A stretch of 14,324 bases of DNA from Piromyces finnis finn. Lineage: Eukaryota > Fungi > Neocallimastigomycota. A program made the translations under genes and the position numbers. Position 1 is the first letter of the stretch. Every line of letters begins with the position of its first letter. Shown in pieces: positions 10,144 to 14,324 of this stretch. A model generated the notes under the pieces. It made no database searches. It was not told the DNA's origin and worked only from the letters and a program-made list of their open reading frames with translations. The DNA is taken from contig MCFH01000223.1 in the NCBI GenBank assembly GCA_002104945.1, positions 1 to 14,324 of the forward strand, read 5' to 3'.

Positions 10144-10513
10144 ATAAAATTTTTAAAGGAAATAATATTAATATATAAAATAAAATTAATATTAAATAAA
10201 TTATTAAATAATTGTATCATAGTTTTTAAATATCATTCACACTAAAAAACTTTTTTTTTTTATCTATTATTAATAAATCTTATGATTATTAACGCATTTT
10301 ATTGAACAATATTAATATTAATTATATTATTTGAATTAAAAATAAAATAAAAAAAATAAAATAATCCCAAAGTCCTACTCTAACTATTATATATAATGTT
10401 TTTCTAAAATATGAACCAAATTAAAATAATATACTTAAAAGGCTTTCTAATGTATTAAAAAAATAAATTAATATAATCACATGTTTTAATTCTAATTCCA
10501 TTAATGAATTCAT

Positions 10514-10957
10514 TTAAAATAATGATTCTTTTTCGACTACTGGTAATTCTTCATATAACTAACATCTTCTCTCCACATACCATCATCTTCTATTTCTTTT
10601 TGTTTAAGCTCATCCATATCACAATCTTTTGAACAGGTAAATACTAAAATAGTACCCCATTCCATACCAGTATCAAATTGATTAATTAAATCAGATTTTG
10701 AGATGGTATTTACATCTTTTATGTTACGAATATTTTTATAAGGCTTATGCTTATTTAAGAATTTTTCAGTTGGTAAGATAGAAAGTAAATTTGGCATAAG
10801 TTGGAATTCAAAAGTACGTAGAGCACCACATCTTTCGCATTTTGGAATATTTTTTGAATTGGAATATTTCTTAGAGATATCATCATTATCATAGAACAAA
10901 GGTTCACCTTTTAATACAGTATCTATGTTTTAAATTATTTTAATAATTTTTTATAAT

Positions 10958-10995
<38 letters not shown>

Positions 10996-12756
10996 ACTGT
11001 TAATAATAATAATAAAATTTTACCTTAAGCCACTGTTCTGGTTCTTCTTGTACAACTTCATTGAATTTTCTAAAAACTTTATTATAATATTATTATCAGA
11101 CTTTTCATATTTTTCTTCTCCCCAGTTGATATCAGTAGAATTATTACCATTTAATTTATTTTGTTTTTCGTATTCTTCAATCAATTTCTTTTCGTGAGAA
11201 TAATCATCTTCCTTATTATTAGGTTGATCTAAATCCATATCTAAATAATAATCTGGGAAAAATCTTCCTTTATTCCAATATTGTTTTAAATTTTCTTTAA
11301 TTCATTAATTATTATATCATTAAATATATAATTAGTAAAATGAATATATATTTACTTCTATTATACTTAAAAAATTTTTTTTACCAAGTTCCTCTTTATT
11401 TTCTTCAGTTTCCTCTTCAACTTTTTCTATATTTATATTTTTATCTGAATTATTTTCTTTTTCATTTTCTATTATTCTTTTGGGTTTGATTCTTGCTTAA
11501 TTATATTTTTAGCTTTTTTTTCTATTTTTTGTTCTTTTTTTTCCTGCTTCTTTTGACTTTCGTTATTATAATCACATCACTTTCTTCTTCTTCATATTTT
11601 TTGTTTCTAAGTTCAAGGAGTTTATTTAAATCATCAATTTTTTTATCATTGGTATCATTATTGGCTACCAAAAACATTAGAATTATCACCAAAACCAAAT
11701 CCATTTGAATTATCATCATTACCAAATGAACCCCAATCATCATTAGAATTACCGAATCCCGGAGTTTCCCAATTAAAATCAGTTACATTACCAAATCCAA
11801 ATTCAAAGCCATTTTCATTATTATTATTTCTTTTATTTCATCAATTTCCTATTATTATAAATAATATACATAATAAATTTCAATAAATAACTAATTCATA
11901 TTCAATATATATGATATACAAGAGATAATCTATAGGATGAAATTAAATTGAAATACATTTTTTTTTGGAATTTATTATATTTATTTATTATCAGCTAGGC
12001 ATATTGGATTTTAATAATACTTAAATATTATAAATAACAATTGATAATAATCATGTTTATGAAAAACTAATAATAACAAAATATTAAAAAATAAAAATTT
12101 ACCTTTCAAATTCTTTTGGGTCAATTATTACTGGATCATATCAATAGAATGTTTAATTTTGTATCATTTTCTGAATTAATAAATGATTGAGATTCAATTG
12201 GTGTAGAATTGAAATCATTATCATCAATTGTTAATTGGAGGAATTTCTTCTGCTTTTTCATGGTTTTATTGATCTTTGAATGTTTTTTAAATGAGTACCT
12301 TTATGTGCTCTTAATACCTTGAAACTACCTTCCTTTCCCATACACTGACTATGTTACATCCAAAAACATAAAAAACTCTATCAATATTTTCTTTTATTAA
12401 TATGTCCTTGAAGTTGCATTAAGAAGAATAGCCTTTCACCACAATTATCACAAATTGAGTAATTTGTTGGTGGTGGGCAATTTTGATTTAACCAAATCTT
12501 TTTATATTTTGTTGATTATTTTGTTTATAATAAAATAAATAAAAACAATTAAAAAATTATTAAATTAACAAATAATTTTCATAAGTCTTACATAAATCAA
12601 TAATATTATGTTATATAAAATTATTATATAGTAATATTCTATATACTGGTTTTCCTCCGATTTTATCAATATATGGATTATTTTTGTCTGATTCTTCGAC
12701 TCTATCATAGCCCATCCTAAATATAATTCAGGTTTTGTATTAATTAAACTACTCAT
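10514..12756 (-). CDS. TSR4: PDCD2L/Tsr4 family protein (uS5 chaperone, 40S biogenesis); probably 6 exons; many frameshifts in this sequence
   Basis: Exons are 12756-12647, 12497-12103, 12019-11920 (less certain), 11848-11385, 11294-11024 and 10922-10514. N-terminal domain: LYLGWA...YIDKIGGKP|IWLNQNCPPP...CDNCGERLFFLMQL...DRVFYVFGC. PDCD2_C domain: EEKYEKS...EPEQ(C)LR|YC..(G)EPLFY...IPKCERCGALRTFEFQLMPNLL...MEWGTILVFTCSKDC...YEELPVVEKESLF*. I see no MYND finger, which favours PDCD2L/Tsr4 over PDCD2. Confidence 0.88.
10962..10993. repeat. A32 homopolymer (poly-U tract in the last TSR4 intron)
   Basis: 32 consecutive A inside intron 11023-10923 of the minus-strand gene. Confidence 0.9.
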
Positions 12757-14324
12757 TATTATTTACTAATAATTATATTTTTATTAAATAATCTTAATAA
12801 TATTGTAATAAAATACTAATTATATTACTATAAAAAAGTTTTATAATAAATTTTATAACAAATTTAGTAAGTTATAAATGGTTTAACAAAAATAGTTAAA
12901 TTGGAAATTCAGTTATTTAAAGTTTTATTATGATTCAAATAAATTAATTTTTTTTTATATATTTTGGTTTGCTAGAAATTTCAAAATTCTAAAATATAAT
13001 TGATTAAAATTTATTAAAAAAAAAACAATCTCCAAATATAGGATTGTGGGTTAGATTTTGATAAATTACAAGAATGATGTATTCTTATTGTATACAATAT
13101 ACAATTATTTTTCAATATATATTAAACAGAATTTTTAACAGATTTTTTTTGAATTTTAAAAAAAGAAGTTCACTAAGAATTAGTTTATTTCTTCTTTTAT
13201 TTTTTATATTCAATGCATGTCAATCAATTAAAATTATTTATTTAATTTTAAATTTTATTTATTTACTTTTTTCTTTTTAATAAATAAATTATTATCTATT
13301 GTTCTTTTAAATGCTTATATGTATATGTATAATAAAAAAGAAACAAAGTATAAAATTTTCTATATGAATTTGTTATTGTTTAATGATAAATAACGGCGGA
13401 TATTTAATTATTCATTATAATTTTTGATAAAATATATATATTTTTAAATTAAATATTTATATGCAATTGTGGATAATTATGTATCATATTTAAAATATAT
13501 ATTATTTTTTATTTTTAAATTAAGCTAAGCAACAAAGCATATTCATAATATATTTTTAACAAATTACCTAACCCTATACTTATTGATTATTTCATAAGAT
13601 TTATTTTAATATTTGAATTTTTACTTTTTTTTTATAAACATTTAGATTGAAAATCAATGTTATTACATAATATTACATATCATTATTATTATATTATTCA
13701 CATATAAGTGCATCCATTATTAACATCTATACATTAACTAGAGCATTAATAATTTTTTTAATATTTATTTAAATAGATTTCAAAAAAAAAAAAAAGTATT
13801 GATTAAAATAATATATTAAAGCGGAAAATAGGAAGTGTATTTATAAAATATCGAAGTAGTTTGATTATTTATAATATAAATAAATTAATAAGTTATTTAT
13901 TATACCAAAAAAAAAAAAAACATTAATATATGATAAAATTAACAAATAATATTAATTGAAAAATTCATAAAGTTATTTTATATATAAATATATTTTTTTT
14001 TTATAAAAAAGATATTTTCTTATTTATTAGTAATGAAATTGAATATAAATTAAAGTTAACATTCCGTAAGTGAATTTTTCAATATGATTAGAATTAAAAT
14101 GAATTTATTATTATTAATAAATTAAATTATATTTAATTTACACTGAATTATGCTTTTTAATTCTATTAATATACATTTTATTTATTTTATACTATTCAAT
14201 ATATAAAATGTATATTAATTTCAATAAAAATATTATGTGTTTTGTGTTAATAATTATTAATTAGTTTTAATTAATTATAAGAACGGAAAAGAAAGATAAT
14301 TGTTTTTTTTTTTTTTTTTTTTTT

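Noticed and set aside
10045-10245. Plus-strand poly-Leu/poly-Tyr ORF
   Set aside because: It is a translation of the (TTA)n microsatellite.
11493-11708. Plus-strand hydrophobic ORF (71 aa)
   Set aside because: It is antisense to the K/E-rich TSR4 exon 4.
1-12756. Functional gene cluster (RPL26, TSR4, SRP102, SNAP, CWC24)
   Set aside because: These are unrelated housekeeping genes in mixed orientations with no shared pathway or visible shared motif. Co-location of two ribosome-related genes is weak evidence.
1-12756. Programmed frameshifting or RNA editing as the cause of the broken frames
   Set aside because: The lesions go in both directions, are numerous and track homopolymers, with no recurring slippery-site-plus-structure pattern. 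Sequencing error is far simpler.
13074-13280. Plus-strand ORF (68 aa)
   Set aside because: Its F/I/L/N composition is typical of random AT-rich DNA, with no motif or exon support.
13566-13576. CCTAACCCTA, telomere-like sequence
   Set aside because: It is under two repeat units and compatible with chance.
13821-13837. GCGGAAAA...GGAAGTG, E2F/ETS-like motifs
   Set aside because: The match to the E2F consensus is imperfect, it is about 1 kb from the nearest ATG, and nothing else supports it.

Overview
This is an extremely AT-rich (roughly 15-20% GC by eye), intron-rich eukaryotic locus. Base composition, short GT-AG introns, fungal-type proteins and codon usage fit an anaerobic gut fungus (Neocallimastigomycota); that assignment is inferred. 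Five housekeeping genes can be rebuilt by hand: CWC24/RNF113A (minus strand, runs off the left edge), a divergent alpha-SNAP/SEC17-like gene (minus), RPL26/uL24 (plus, intact), SRP receptor beta (plus) and TSR4/PDCD2L (minus). A decayed fragment resembling the ORF2 C-terminal part of a non-LTR retrotransposon lies at about 5930-6560. All genes except RPL26 carry 1-2 nt indels, mostly in homopolymer runs. These are most likely long-read assembly errors, though a decaying duplicated segment is not excluded. I found no clearly new multi-gene system. The best leads are an RPL26 last exon whose coding part is only the stop codon, a TCT/TOP-like RPL26 promoter, the divergent SNAP and the stop-codon pattern in the LINE relic.
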